The notes under the pieces were generated by a model, which searched no databases, was not told the origin of the DNA, and saw only the letters and a list, made by a program, of their open reading frames with translations. DNA of 64,000 nucleotides. Origin: Lingula anatina (taxonomy: Eukaryota; Animalia; Brachiopoda). Positions 1-60,035 of the stretch are shown piece by piece. Location of the stretch: assembly GCA_051362555.1 (NCBI GenBank), contig CM120641.1:16058001-16122000 (forward strand), given 5' to 3'. Every line of letters starts with the position of its first letter. Position 1 is the stretch's first letter. The position numbers and the translations under genes are program-made.

Positions 1-1210
1 CCATATGTATCCATAATATGGTTTTGATTTTTATATTTTCACCTTTAACAATCTTTACCTTCCAAATTTAAAAAAAATCAAATTTAGTCTTTCAAAAGAA
101 TGGTTTTCAAAGATGTTTAATTGAAGAAATGTTTTATTTCTTAAAAACATTTTTATTGCAGATTAAACACAATTCAAAAACAAAACAAGCAATAAAAAGT
201 AACTGAACATAAGACTTCTTATATCAATTATTCACCCAAAGAAGCAAAGCAAGATTATTTCACTACTTTTCATCAAAACATATACTGTACATATAGACCT
301 CTATGGCTGGAAACTGCATTAAGTCTATACTAACAAACTTTTAACTTGACATTTTTTTAAAGATGACTTTTAAAGTTATCTTTGACTTTAAAAAAATACC
401 ATCATCTTGTTTGCCTAGTTTCTTAGGTAAGCTAAAAATAAAAGAAAAAATAAATAAACCAATAATTTAAATTCTAAAAATCAGAAGATTCTCAATATCA
501 CGTTAAAAATGTCTTTCAAAATTAAAAAAAAAATCATTTCCTATTTTGACTAGATTTCTCACTCTTCACACCAAACTTGCAAAGGCCTTTTGCAGCAAAT
601 CTAACTAAAAATAGCATTCAGGATTTGACAGCAAAGTGATCAAATATATATTGATGCACTGTATGACCAGATTGATTGTGTTTAAGTTATTAACAAGCTG
701 CATCAAGATCATGACACCATTAAGTTACCATGCTGAAAAAAAAAATTGCCCAATGTCAAAACAGAGGACCTGTAAAAATATGTAGAATATCCCAAGCACC
801 ACTGAAAAGCATATACTTGTAAATATGATTAGCTCATAAGAAGCAGAAATATATGGAAACTCACTGCTGACTGCCTTCAATAATAAGAAAAATATAGGCG
901 ATATAGTGATACTAAGTTACTTTAACTATGGTTATAATATACATGAATGATGGGCACTAATCAATGACATATTTACAGAGTAAATAAAACAATCATCACG
1001 TAATTTTTGTTTTTTAAAAAAAGTTTTCAATCACAGCACTTTCTGGGCACAGCCCTGAGGTTCCAAGCCTGTTACATGTGCCACACTACTCTGACAAAAG
1101 ACAACAAAGATGCATGATAGTCAGGTAGAAAATGTTCCCATTTAGAAATGTTTCAGAAACATACAATCCTTTTGTATAATAGGAGCTTTTCAAATTGATA
1201 CATGTATTAT

Positions 1211-1213
<3 letters not shown>

Positions 1214-1271
<58 letters not shown>
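1214..1271. repeat. (TA)n microsatellite
   Basis: Perfect TA dinucleotide run; it produces the spurious YIYIYI ORF 1086..1328. Confidence 0.98.
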
Positions 1272-1274
<3 letters not shown>

Positions 1275-2160
1275 ATATACAGTAGGCTGGGAGGGTTTAG
1301 GGCTGAAATGAAACCCCCTTTTTGTCAACGTAAAGGTCTGTTTTAAATAAAATTTGAGTCAAAATATGCTACAAGTATGAGGATGGGCAAATAAGGTCCA
1401 CTTTTTTAGATCCCCTTTGAAATTGCTGGTTATTTTAGGTAGCTATCATAAGCTAAACAAAAGCAATCCAATTATCATGCAAATTACTATTCAACAAATG
1501 GGAATGAAAAACACAAAGTGTCACAAGGTTCCATTTTCTACAATTGGCACTGTCTTTTAACAAGATCTCTGATAATAAAAAATTCAAAAGTTCAAAAATG
1601 TATTGGACACCAATGTTTAATCATATCAATGATTACTGATCGATATTTATACACATAAAACACATAGCACTGAGATTTTTTTTCAATAAAAAATAACATT
1701 CCAAGCTATCTTATCTAAAACTGGCTTTCCTAAAGGAATATTGGGGATTGTAGAAGTATGATAAAAGTATAAAATCTAACTGGGATAAATAATTTCTAAT
1801 CAATATTTTGACCACATGCAAGGGTTTTTTTTTTAATTAACATTGAAGCACCAGTTCACAATAAAACCTTCATGTGATGTTTATATGGAAGCAGCAGTAT
1901 AATTATTATTCACTGTGGTATAAATAAAACCCTTGAAATTATAATATCTATATACAATTTATTTATGCAATAAAGGTTTATATCTATAGATAGGTGTATG
2001 TATACACTGTTGTTGCCCTAGTATATAACAAAAGAAACATGAAATCATGCCTCACAGATAAAGCTCTGAAAAATTTCACAACCTGTAAGGATTTCTCAAT
2101 GCCCTTCAACCCTGAGGTCTTGAATGCTGCTTCCTCAAATTAATAAAAAAATGAAGTAGT

Positions 2161-42272
<40,112 letters not shown>

Positions 42273-42299
42273 TATTTGGTTGCCACTGATGCTTCAGCC

Positions 42300-42362
42300 T
42301 TATGTCTTCCAGTCAAGAGCTTTAGCTATGTATACAAAGGTACAGACAGGACATCCTCTCAT
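42300..42362 (-). other. Upstream ORF (20 aa, MRGCPVCTFVYIAKALDWKT) in the myosin III 5' UTR
   Basis: It lies between a ttttcag acceptor (~42367) and the main ATG at 42272; its stop is 27 nt before the main ATG. Confidence 0.5.
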
Positions 42363-43096
42363 GATTCTGAAAACAAGAAAACACGACATTAATTAGCATC
42401 GGTTTTATCCATACCAATACCACAGTTACCAAATCCCCAAACAACAACCACTACCTGAATACTGGAGCCTGTGAAATGCCATGTGATACTGAAAATATGT
42501 ATACCTCTCACTGAGACTATATCAGATATCCATTTCATAAAGCAAATATTTAATCTAACTTAACTGTTTTGAAATAAGTGAACCTAGTTTCTCAACTTAA
42601 AAAACCCAGTTTACAACACAATGTTCACCAAGCTACTCAATGCTCAGCTGCACACTAAAATTCCTTTTTCAATTTTTCATGAAAATATAACTTCTTTGAA
42701 TGAAACTACTTATAGTTCCCATGTCTCTTACCCTCATTAGAGTTGCCTGTCTTCCAAACCCGACTCTGATTTGCATAAACAAAATATTTCTCAAGTTTCT
42801 GTCCAAATTATGACCACAGCTACTATGGGGGAGCCTCAAAACATGACAGCCCTTTTTTTCATTATGTCAATTCCTAACCCTCATAAACATCACCTGAATG
42901 CAACTTTAACCTCATTTCCCTTTTAGCAGTGTAAATCCATTCCATGTTCAGTTTTTTTAAGCAAAGATGGATAGAGGGTAAACTGCAAGCACTTTGTAAC
43001 ACATGGCACTTTTATTAATTGATTTGAATCTGATAAGAATATACAGGTAATAATATACAACATGCACAATGCAGAGAAATAGTAAATCGCACACAT

Positions 43097-43100
<4 letters not shown>

Positions 43101-43133
<33 letters not shown>
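43101..43133. repeat. (AG)n microsatellite
   Basis: Perfect dinucleotide run. Confidence 0.95.
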
Positions 43134-43136
<3 letters not shown>

Positions 43137-45923
43137 GTGATTTATTTTATCAAGGGCCATCTGTCCTCACATTATCAGTAAGGAAAAGTTCACGATAGAC
43201 AGTAACTAACAAAATAACATGTCAAGTACTTTGTACTTGTGCCTAGTTTGCCTTGAGGAGGTACACAGGTAACAAAGGACATTCCAAACACATCCACATA
43301 ATACTTGACTTAAAAGTTATCAGGTAAAATACTGGCAAATATCCAGTGAATTTGAGGACATATTTCATGCTGCATAAAAAAAAAAAAATGCTTAGAATGA
43401 CATACACAACCACATACACTAATGCTGGTTCTTGAGATAAGACAATATTCCATGTTTAGTGCTATGAATCACTTCACTAAGTTTGAAGAAAAAAAGTTTA
43501 CTCAACTTTTACATCAAATGCATTGAGAAGGATTCCATGTTAAAATAATAAATAAATAAATAAATAAATAAAAAACTGACATATTAGAAATTGACCTGCA
43601 CTTCACTATTATGATTTGGTCCAATAAGTTACAGGAAAATATTAACGGCTACAGAAGCAGGTGACACACATGTATCTGTACATAAAAAGAGTTTCAGTTG
43701 CACTGCATGCACTTATTTAACTTAAACACATACAGTTATTACCATTCAGTACAAAATAAGTCTTGGGTGTGGCTCAGACAATGACCTAGGATCATTGATA
43801 ATGGAGAGTGAGTAAACTTAATAAAATACAAAAATAATATCGACTGGATATTGCTAGCTTGTTTTGTCCAATAAGTAATTTGATATTTTGATCAATTATC
43901 GAAAAAAAAAGTTTTTTTTTCATTATATTCTGCTAACAACAACAAAAAAAAAAACTGTAATAGACTAATGTGAACCTTATTTTCTCAAATCTTGGGAGAA
44001 ATTATAATTTCAGTTTAAATAAAACATATCTTAATCCAGAAAAAAAACACAAGTACATTCTGACAAATAAGGTCCAGAATTCACAAATAATCTATATATG
44101 TACCTATATATTAAGAAACTGCTGTTACACTAATAACTGTGTCACACCTGTGACAGGTATACAACATATCTGAAACCACACCCATCTAACAGTGCAACTG
44201 GGACACTTGTACTTTGGACTGGTAATAACTGCCACTCATATACACATTATAAAAAGTAGCAAAAATCAATATTTACTTTCCTTTCTCGGTGAGAAAAATT
44301 TAAAGGTACCAAATACAATATTGTGCAAAGACAAGATAAAAATCAAGTGGGTTTCTTGGGAGACCAGTATCCAAAGTACATCTTTCTATATTTTTACCTA
44401 TAGACATTTTGTAATAGTCTAAATAATTGGTTCACAATCTTTTATATTTAAGACTTGAAATATCTGCTGTCTGCAAACCCTTAAATACTGTTGGTTTATC
44501 AATTAACAAAATACTTACACCGTGCAAATTGCCACCCATTGCTTGCTGGTCACTCAAATGACCCGAGGTAAGATTGCTGGTCTATAATTAACATGAAAAC
44601 CTTATTTTAATACTTTGTATATTCCATAGTCTTGATGGTTGTAACATGTGACTGATAATGTGTACTAGTGTACTCACTAGGCGTGGTGAAAACCCTCTGA
44701 CATATTTACCCTCCGCAGCAAAATGGTTGTTAAACCATCTCAAGGCTGTCTGGTAAACACTTGTTGTAGTGCTGATTACGAGGTATGCACACACATGCAG
44801 GGATAAATATTTCACCACCAGAGACTTGCATTAAGTCATCTTAATTTGATTTCCATTCTTACCTAACTCTTGATTCTCAATAGATAAAAGCAAGAATGTA
44901 AAACAAAAATACTTTTATGTACTAATGATAAATTCACATTTGATTGCCTGTATTCTGTTAATAACCACACAGTAGCCTTTTAAATGGATAAACTTGAATG
45001 CAATCAGTTTTCATAACCAATTAACATAGAGGCTACACTGACTATATACGCCATCTAAAGGTACATTTCAAGTTAAACCTGCTGTCATTAAATGCAGGTT
45101 CCATCCAAATAAAAAACTGTTAAATGTTTCCCCCTTGAACAGTCCACAGCACTAGATGAGGCAATCAACTTGAACTTCCATCAACAGTGTTAACACATAT
45201 AGAGAACCATGTCATGGCCAGTGGGTAATCACAGGTAATATACACTGCTTAATTTCTACTTCATATAGTTCTTCTTGAACAGGCTCCTTCTTCAAGACTG
45301 TCCAGTCTTCCACAAACACCCAGGTTTCAAAGGACTGTGTCTGTTCTAATGCCATGCATGCCATGAAGAGGTAAGTGAGAAACTCAGGGTGGTTCGTCCC
45401 ACCACCTGTTACAGGACATACTAAGCTTGTCTAATATTCAAATGGTCAGCTTGGGGTTGCACAGGACACCCCAGAGCACCATGTGCTCTAAGGTAATACT
45501 TGGTATTTAATATCAGACACATGTAAGACAATGATTTACTGAAAACGGTCTGGCTCCATGTGCTTGGGTTAATGTGATTATCCAAAGGTGGGGAGACTAT
45601 TACAGGTTGCTTATCAATTTACTGTTGTCTTCAGTTTTTTTTAGCCTGCCAGTTTTCTTTTATAAATTGATTTATAGACTGAGCACAATGAAACATAATA
45701 ATGTAGCCAGATTATATTACACGTTAGCCTCCTTGCTTGTGTTTACAAATGTTTAACAGCTATCATTCATATTCAGAATATCAAACTAGAAATGATGATT
45801 GGTTTATTTACAGACTTGCTCCTACACTAGTGAAATCTGAATGGTTATACAAGTTGTAGTTTTGGTTTTATGTCAGCAGGATGGGATGAGATGAGAAAGA
45901 CTAAAAACTTTAATACATTGTCA

Positions 45924-46045
45924 TACAATACAATACAATAAATTTTATTTCATGTCGGGTATAAATTGAAAGGAAACAGCTTTACAGCTATTCGCCGACT
46001 GGGTAAGGACAAAAACATATCTACAATAATGCAATATTACACATG
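45924..46045 (-). mobile_element. Second copy of the LINE/SINE 3' tail
   Basis: Aligns by eye over ~120 bp with 30786-30918. Confidence 0.7.
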
Positions 46046-47044
46046 GTTATACATGTAGCTCCTTGTGAAAACGCAGTGTGAATTACGTATACAGCATTTT
46101 ACTGGTCAAATAAACAATTTATGTATCAAAATGAGAAAAGTCCAATCTTACCTGGTTATCCAACTATATATATGGGCTAAACTACTCCATCCTCATCAAG
46201 ACGAACACCTGGTCTCCATAGCAACTATAGCTAACAAAGTGAAACCATACATAAATCAATATATCAACTTGCATGGCACGCAAAGTAAATGACAATTCAC
46301 ATCACTAGGATATTGGGGCTTATAAGCCCTATCAATAATTTGCACCTCATATTAATCATTGTGTCCCCCATCTCCACTGCCTCCCCCCCCCCCCCCCCAG
46401 TTTTTTTTTTCCATCTCATTGTTGAATTATTTGTTCACAATCTGTGAACAATAACATTCACACAAAATCTCTTTAGAAATATCAAATTTTAATTAAAGAT
46501 AAGAGACAAAATCATTCCATTTTTGATCCACACTTTTTTACTTTTTGTTTCTCAAGAAGCAGTGTTTTCTTGAAACCTAATGTATTGTGTTATCTATGCT
46601 TTACTTTAAGAAAAATTAAGAAAACATAAAGACTATGATGCCAAGATGGTAATGAATTTTTATTATCATCTATTCTTTATATGGAGGTATTATATTATCA
46701 GCAAATATTATCAAAAACTTAAATATCTGCCCTATGAACCGCCTACCTGTTCAGCCGTCCTGTTCAGTTCAGTTCTACAGCTATGCTGAGTTTGCCCCAC
46801 TTTTCTTATCAAAGTCTGGTTTAAATCCATAATAAATTGCCTGCTGTTAGGCAGGTTGTAAAAGACCCAGACCCTCAGGTAGTCCTTATCTGCCCCATGA
46901 TACTGCCACTACTGAGGAATCCATTGACTTGAGAACTTATATCAAAATAATTAAGCCAATAAGCAGACATGTAGCCATTGCTCAGTTTCAAAGGTTTTTT
47001 TTTTTTTTCAGAAAAAAGTCTACCCTTTTAACATGAGATCTATG

Positions 47045-47195
47045 ACTGCGTTCCCATAAACTGATAACACTAGCTGGATCAATCTAGCTCTGCAGGGCTT
47101 CTCACTTAAATGATTTCAACATTATCAGCAGCTTGAGTTGGCCTGCCAGACATTTAAGCCACTCACACTGATTGCAATTTAGCGAGAATCCCTGC
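47045..47195. mobile_element. Degenerate relative of the MITE at 24521-24757 (opposite orientation)
   Basis: CTGATTGCAATTTAGCGAGAATCCC closely matches the reverse complement of GGGGATCACGCTAAATTGCAGTCAG in the 24.5 kb element. Confidence 0.5.
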
Positions 47196-47706
47196 ACAGT
47201 TATACCCCGTTCACAATCCCATCTGATAAATCCCGATATTTAAAATTCAGATTTCTGGTGAAAAAATACGATTTGCTTGGTGCAATCTCTAAAGTGATAA
47301 ACAAGTGTTCATAGATACCCGCACTCTTCTGTCCACATGCGCAGTAAGATCTAAACAGGTGTCACTTCTGGTAAGTTGTTCAAATCACTGAAGAAAATCT
47401 AACATGCTAGTAGGATTTTGAGAAATCAGTTAACAAAAATACTCCCGTGTTCATACTACTACAATTATTTGAAATGGGACCTAATTTGCTATTTATTCAA
47501 ATAAATGACTGTAGTATAAACGGGGTATTAGTTCGAACCTGCTAGTATGATAGGTTTATGGGAATGCTCCCTACATGTATTCATAATTCAAATTTTGATA
47601 CAGAACAGACTTTTCCCTGGCAAAAGGGCAGTATGTTCCAAACAACCACACACCCCACCCATCTTTGGCTATAGCCCACAGTATGGGCCTAATAATCTAT
47701 TGGTAA

Positions 47707-47754
<48 letters not shown>
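47707..47754. repeat. (AAT)n microsatellite
   Basis: Perfect trinucleotide run. Confidence 0.95.
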
Positions 47755-48439
47755 TCCTTTAAGTTGGTGCTACTTACAAACACATTTTTGTTAATGAACT
47801 CAGCATTTCAAATTCTTCTGATATAAGAAAAAGCGACATCATCCAGGTTAAAATGAAACTTTTCAACCTATTAACAAATGTGTTAAAATTACTGAAAAAA
47901 AAATCAACAAAATCCAAAATGGAAAAAATTATAAAAAAACACAGCTTTATAAACTAACTTTTGTTGATCTAATGGAACAATTATTTCAGCTTTTAAAGTA
48001 ACACTCAGATATGAAAGTAGTGGATTCCATCAATGAAAATTCAAAATTTTGGTGAATGCATATTGAATCAAATGCAAAGAGTAAACATGTAGTAGTTTTG
48101 TTACTAAGGCCAGACAAAATTGATAAAGTTTTATTAAAAAATGTGGCTGACCCTTATTTTGATGAATTCTAATTTGTTTCACTCTCAATTTTTCCAAATG
48201 GAAAAACTTAAAGACTGATCCCAAGAGGAAAAAAGTTGTTTCCATGCTTACCAGTTAAAAATCGCCCAAATTGTGTACAGTACAGTACGTGGGTTATTCC
48301 TCACCCACACACCACCCACTCCACCCCCTCCCTCCCCCCCCCCAAAAAAAAAAAAAAAATAAATATAAATAAAAAAATAAAAGGGGCAACCCCAAACTTA
48401 AGCAGCTTTACTCGTTAAAATGTATATGTTAAAAAATAA

Positions 48440-49130
48440 ATAATATTGCCGTCTGTCGTTCGATCCTTTTCACAGACAGTACAGAGCGTCGACGCGAGTT
48501 AACCCGCTAATCAGCGCCAAATTAAATCGTGTCTGGCCTGAACATCATTTTTTGTCTACACTGCCATATGACATGCAGACACGGCATACATTTGCTAAAA
48601 AACATTTAAACACGACTTAATTTGAAGAAACTAGCTGACACCAACGTGTCATTCTTTCGCGGTTTTGATCTTGATTGGGAACTCTTTACTCAATGGAGAT
48701 TGATATTTATCGATCTAAGGTCAAAGGTCACAGCCTGCGTGCTAGGCAACCAACACCATAAAACTCCATCGCTTGCGGTAGGTAACACGTATCTAATTTT
48801 CCAGCATTTACAAGCTTTATACATAAGTCAATTATTAAATAGTTAAAAAATGCATCCTTTATGACCTAAGGTTACAAAATATTTTTTATTCATACGTGAA
48901 ATCCAGCAAAATTAAACAAAAAACATAGATATCGATATATTCTTCAAAGGTTCGAGAGTCGACAAGCATTCGCGCAAATATCATACATTGTATTCTCATA
49001 TATCAATTTTAAAACCAACTTCTTCCTTCCACAGGCTTCATTATGGCAGCATCAGGGATTAATGAGCATAATGAAGCACGCAGACGAGAACGTTTTCTGT
49101 TCCGAAATGCGTACTTTCAAAAACAATCAG
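48440..49130. promoter_or_regulatory. CpG-retaining promoter region of the 109-aa gene (divergent from myosin III), with DR1 and X-box-like motifs
   Basis: Local CpG enrichment; perfect AGGTCA-A-AGGTCA at 48718-48730; GTGCTAGGCAAC at 48739-48750; probable non-coding exon donor G|GTAGGT near 48777. Confidence 0.55.
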
Positions 49131-50917
49131 AGGTAGGTTCAACTCGGATATACTTCCTACAATCTGCATCACTTTGATTCTTTTGACATTTGTCATGGTA
49201 AAATGAAGCAAAATTGAGACACTATGGCTTCAGTATTTGGATAATTTGAACAATTAAAGTTGACTTCAAAACTTCTGGTTTGGGGGATCACTAAAACCCC
49301 AGATAGTTCGAGCACTATTTCAGAGCAAAGTTAGAAAAAAAGGACCTTGAAGTAATAAAGTCTATTGACTTTTCAATGGTATAATAAGCATCACAGCATC
49401 AAGAATTTATACCATGCATAAGTTATGTATGAAAATAATTGATTTTCACCCCTTTGTTGTTGTGGAACAAATTTTTATATTGATTGTTACCATGTACCAG
49501 TCTTCCTATTGAAGTTTACATCAATAGAATAGCACTGCTGTTTTTATGCTGTGTATGTGTGGAAAATTTTTTATTTGAATCATGCAAATATTAACAAGAG
49601 TTGGCAAATTCAGTAGCTGGTCAACAGAAACCATCAATGCCTAATTGCTTTTTGGGAATTTGTAACTTGTGGCAATTTAAGTGAACATTTTGTGCTTTAT
49701 GCCAGATGGAAAAATCAAACAAACACGGCTGGATGATAGCTCAGACACTTAGTTTGGCAAACTAACATACTGTTTGATTCATATACTGTCAATTATTTTA
49801 CTCAAAATTTTAACATATTTAGAACATTTTTCTAAATATGTTAAAATATGTTTTTGATACCAGCAATTTTTTCTATATTTTTCAAATAATTATTAATCAT
49901 TTTTACTTTGCTTTACTAATTATACCTTCATCTATTTATTTTAGAAAGACTGTTAGACACAAATGACTTTTCCGTGATTTTGTACAGGATACTTTGTGCT
50001 GGTTATAATTATTATTCATAAGTAGTAGTAGTAGTATTTATATTACATTTTTTAAGTCTCCCTCAGCTAATAATATTTTATTCATGCTCCAGGAAGCTGC
50101 TGCTGCCCAGCATGTCCAAAACCATTTCCAACAGGGAGGTTATGCAGGACGTCCTATGAGCAGCTATGAACAACAACTTCAAGCCACTCAGAGGCAATCA
50201 AGTCCAGTAAAGCACACCAGGGAATCAGAGGACATGTTAGTTAGACTTACCTATTTTTTTTAATTGAATAGTACTATGACTATGAATAAATAAGCTTAAT
50301 AATATACATGTAGATCATAGTTTTCATATATTGGACACCTTGACAATGATAAAATTTTCCCCTGCTCATAGAAATCTTTAAAGTGAATACCCTCAATTTG
50401 CCAGACTGAACTATTTCTGGCTACTCTTAAGTAAGCATTAGTTTAAATTTTTGACTCCATTAACATATTTATTTATTCATATGTTTTAGGAGAAGAAGGA
50501 AAGAACACAGCAGGATGATGGCTCAAGAATATTCTGCAAAGATACCTTTCAGATACTCAGTAAGTGTCCTTCATTTTCTCTGAAGAATTGAAAGGCATTT
50601 TTGTTCTGTACATAAATAATAAAATCTGTCCTATGATTCCCATAACATAGTATTTCAAGCTATCATGCCTGGCTAGAAGATAACTCTGCACTCAAAGTTT
50701 GGCAAACTGACGTACTATTTTGATTCAGATACTATCAGTTCTTTTCCTAATATTAATGCATTCAAAATTCTGGATTTATATTTCTTGGCTATTTATATAA
50801 AAATGGAGTTATTAAACCATTTTGCATATTCATACTTTTACTTTTTTTGACTGAAATATAAAAATATCCTGATGTCTATTCTTCTTTCAGTCAACTGACT
50901 ACATAAGCCAGTGGTGA
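49043..50917 (+). CDS. Small uncharacterised protein, 109 aa, four coding exons
   Basis: Exons 49043-49132, 50093-50235, 50490-50559 and 50891-50917, all GT-AG and phase-consistent. They give MAASGINEHNEARRRERFLFRNAYFQKQSEEAAAAQHVQNHFQQGGYAGRPMSSYEQQLQATQRQSSPVKHTRESEDMRRRKEHSRMMAQEYSAKIPFRYSSTDYISQW*. There is an acceptor at 49034 before the ATG and AATAAA at 51560-51565. Confidence 0.8.
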
Positions 50918-51833
50918 GGAATTTGGAAAAAAGCACCTACCAACTTATTCATGAACCCTTGCCTTCTATAAAAATGGACTTATGCAGTGGATTGCCTCTT
51001 TGCTAGTGTGAGATGCAATTGATATTGTGACATTATTCTTCTATGACAATCTCTGTCCTTGATCTTTTACTGCAATCAACAGTGATGTTTTGCATGGTGA
51101 AAACTGTGTTACTTTTTGACAGGTTGTACTTGTATTGAAGTACTTTTAATTTAATATAATTTACGTATGATGCATATGCATACCCACATACCCAGATGCT
51201 GTCACCATTTGTTTTAAAGTACAATTTGGGCCAGCTACTTTTTTTAGGAGGGATGTGACATTTTATGTGCAAGTAGGATGTAAATGTCAATGTTTATTGT
51301 CAATATGCACCAAAATCTTATGTTAACAGAGTATACTGCTGCATTTTTTTAAACAACAAATCATGACAAGGAAGGTTTTGTTCATACCAGCCAAATCACT
51401 CATTGATCATTTGCTCAAGTTTTGTTGAATTATGTAGCCTTACAAATTTGAGGGAATTTTTGTTCATGTGTGTACTGTTTATGTCTATGCTTGCAAGAAA
51501 ACAAACTTTGAGTTTTCTGGCTACATTTCATAAATCATGCTATTAATGAATTGTTACAAAATAAAACATTTTAACACTTTTTAACTTTCAAAGCATTTTT
51601 GTTCCAAGCTCAAGAAATCCATAGATAAAGACCTTACTGCTGTAGTTTTGATCTATGGAATTTTGCAACTGTAATCTTGTACAAATGTGGCAAATAAACA
51701 CACTCAATGACAAGATGCTAATGATCTGTCCGACTGACAGGGGTTTTTCCTTTTTTTACATGCTAATCTTCAATTATATTCCGAGTTGCAATTTGTACCA
51801 GGCAAGAGTTATTGCCAGATATTATCAGTGACA

Positions 51834-52234
51834 TAAAGCCCTCCAAATCTGGAGCTTTCTGCTTACAGAAAAGTTCATTTGTGGGGCTTACCTTAACCTT
51901 ACAGTTATTAACAAATGACTTCACCTTTTGAGGTGCTGTAGCCAGTATGTGTCCTGTTTGATATTTTCATCTCACATGGATAAAAGAGAAACTGCATTGG
52001 TTTCTGTCTAGTTATGTTTACCTGTTTGATTTAATTTATTGGTGATTCTAGACATTGACACTTCTATTTTATCCCCAATTTTAAAGTCTGATGACCTGAC
52101 ATTAAAAAAAATCAACAGATATTGACCACCTCAAAAGGTGAATAATCACACCACACCAGAGAGCTTTCCCCTTAGGGCAAGTGCCACAAATAAACTTTCC
52201 ATAAACAAGACAACTCCCATGTGCAGCAGGCTTA
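51834..52234. mobile_element. ~400 bp imperfect palindrome (old MITE/foldback)
   Basis: GAAAAGTTCATTTGTGG pairs with CCACAAATAAACTTTCC, and TTCACCTTTTGAGGTG pairs with CACCTCAAAAGGTGAA, in nested order. Confidence 0.65.
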
Positions 52235-53277
52235 AAGATAAGATGAAAATGATTGTTTTCACATTCATTATTATAAAAATCTTAGCAAAATGATTATCAA
52301 AAGTTTATTGTAAACCATATAAACTAAACAAAAAGTTTATGGTTTAATATGAATACAAAGTTTGTGAACATGTGTTGAACTGTTCTTTAAAAAAGCAACC
52401 AAATGATCCATTAATTCAAATGTGAAATATAGCAAATCAGTATCATTTTACTTCTTTAACCACCTACTAACTTCCCTTTTTGTGATGATATTGTTTCTCA
52501 CCATAAGGCCCATACCCACAAATACATATCTACACATGCAATATTGATAAACAGACAATGACAGAACCGACTAAATTAAATGATCTTAAAATTACTTAAA
52601 CATTACACATAATAAGAAGTAATTTCAGGCTTTAAAATCAATGCAGGGATATTTAAAAGAAACCTTACTGTTGACTAGGTTCCTCTTCCCACATAAATTC
52701 TGCATACATGTATTGCCACCACCAAAGATGACCATGTATTAATTCTCTTTTTTTCAGACTAAATTCACAGGATATTTATAAATGACTAATAAGAAATACA
52801 AATTCTTAATTGCACAGAAACATTGGCACAGCAATTTGGTTAGTAATGGACCAATGCAGGGTTACACATCCATTTCATGGAATTTTACTGTATCCAGCAA
52901 CTTCTTGCACTTCTTAAAAGTGTAATAACACTCATTTTGTCACAGCAATTATGGATTTGAAATTCTGATCACTAAGTCTAAAATTATATAAAAATTTTTA
53001 AAAAACATAAACAGCAAAAATTTACAAAATCTAAATCAAAAGTAAGTTATACACCACTAATCAACCACTGCTGGTAAAATCCCAACATTTACAATATACA
53101 TGCATAATAATACATCACCAACACATTTCAAGGTTTACACATACATATATAAGACAATAGAAATGCCAATGTTTTTGATCCACTTTAGCTCAAATGGTAT
53201 ATATAACAGTTTGGCACCAAACAGTTTTAAACTGTTCAAAAAACATTTATGGAAGATCACAATTCAAAGGTGTCACA

Positions 53278-59548
<6,271 letters not shown>

Positions 59549-59641
59549 CTTTGACCTTGACCTCTAAACCAAGAGGAGCTACTCACTTTTTTACGATGGC
59601 CCACAGGAGTCCTCGAGTGCAATTTTCACCAGGAATCGGAA

Positions 59642-60035
59642 ATGGCAGCCAAAGTTTCTAGATTGGGAATGCATTGGTACACATAAAAAGTCACGAATTT
59701 ACACTATTACAAAGTGAATGGATTCATTACGCTCCTGAACATGTAGCATGAAGATAGAATACATTGCAAGTAACCAACTGTGAGATGACAGTTCGCACCT
59801 GTATCTTGAAATCCGCATAGGCAAAGGGAGCAAAGTCCGAACATAGTCTTAAAATTTAAAAGTTTAGGCGAATTTATTCAAAACGCAACACTTTCTTCTT
59901 TTTGATGCAAAATAATAAATAAAAAGATAAAGACAGAAAGGAGGAATCCGCATTATTCTATTTTATATTCACGCCGAGTTCTGGGTTTTCATTCATCAGT
60001 TTTTATCACCGGGGTAGGCGTCTTCTACTACGTAA
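59642..60035 (-). repeat. Left arm of a long inverted repeat (inverted copy of the GPx 3' UTR segment)
   Basis: Its reverse complement aligns with 63374-63805 at roughly 94% identity by eye, plus one ~34-nt indel. Confidence 0.97.

Noticed and set aside
1086-1328. 80-aa ORF with YI repeats
   Set aside because: Translation of a (TA)n microsatellite.
44519-46750. Candidate non-coding 5' exons of myosin III (minus-strand donors near 44518, 46151, 46746)
   Set aside because: Plausible, but there is no reading-frame constraint to test them, so they need transcript data.
50915-50995. TGA stop of the 109-aa gene as a possible Sec codon with ATGA...AAA...GAT downstream
   Set aside because: Helix II pairing is poor, the candidate is only ~35 nt from the UGA, and there is no redox motif.
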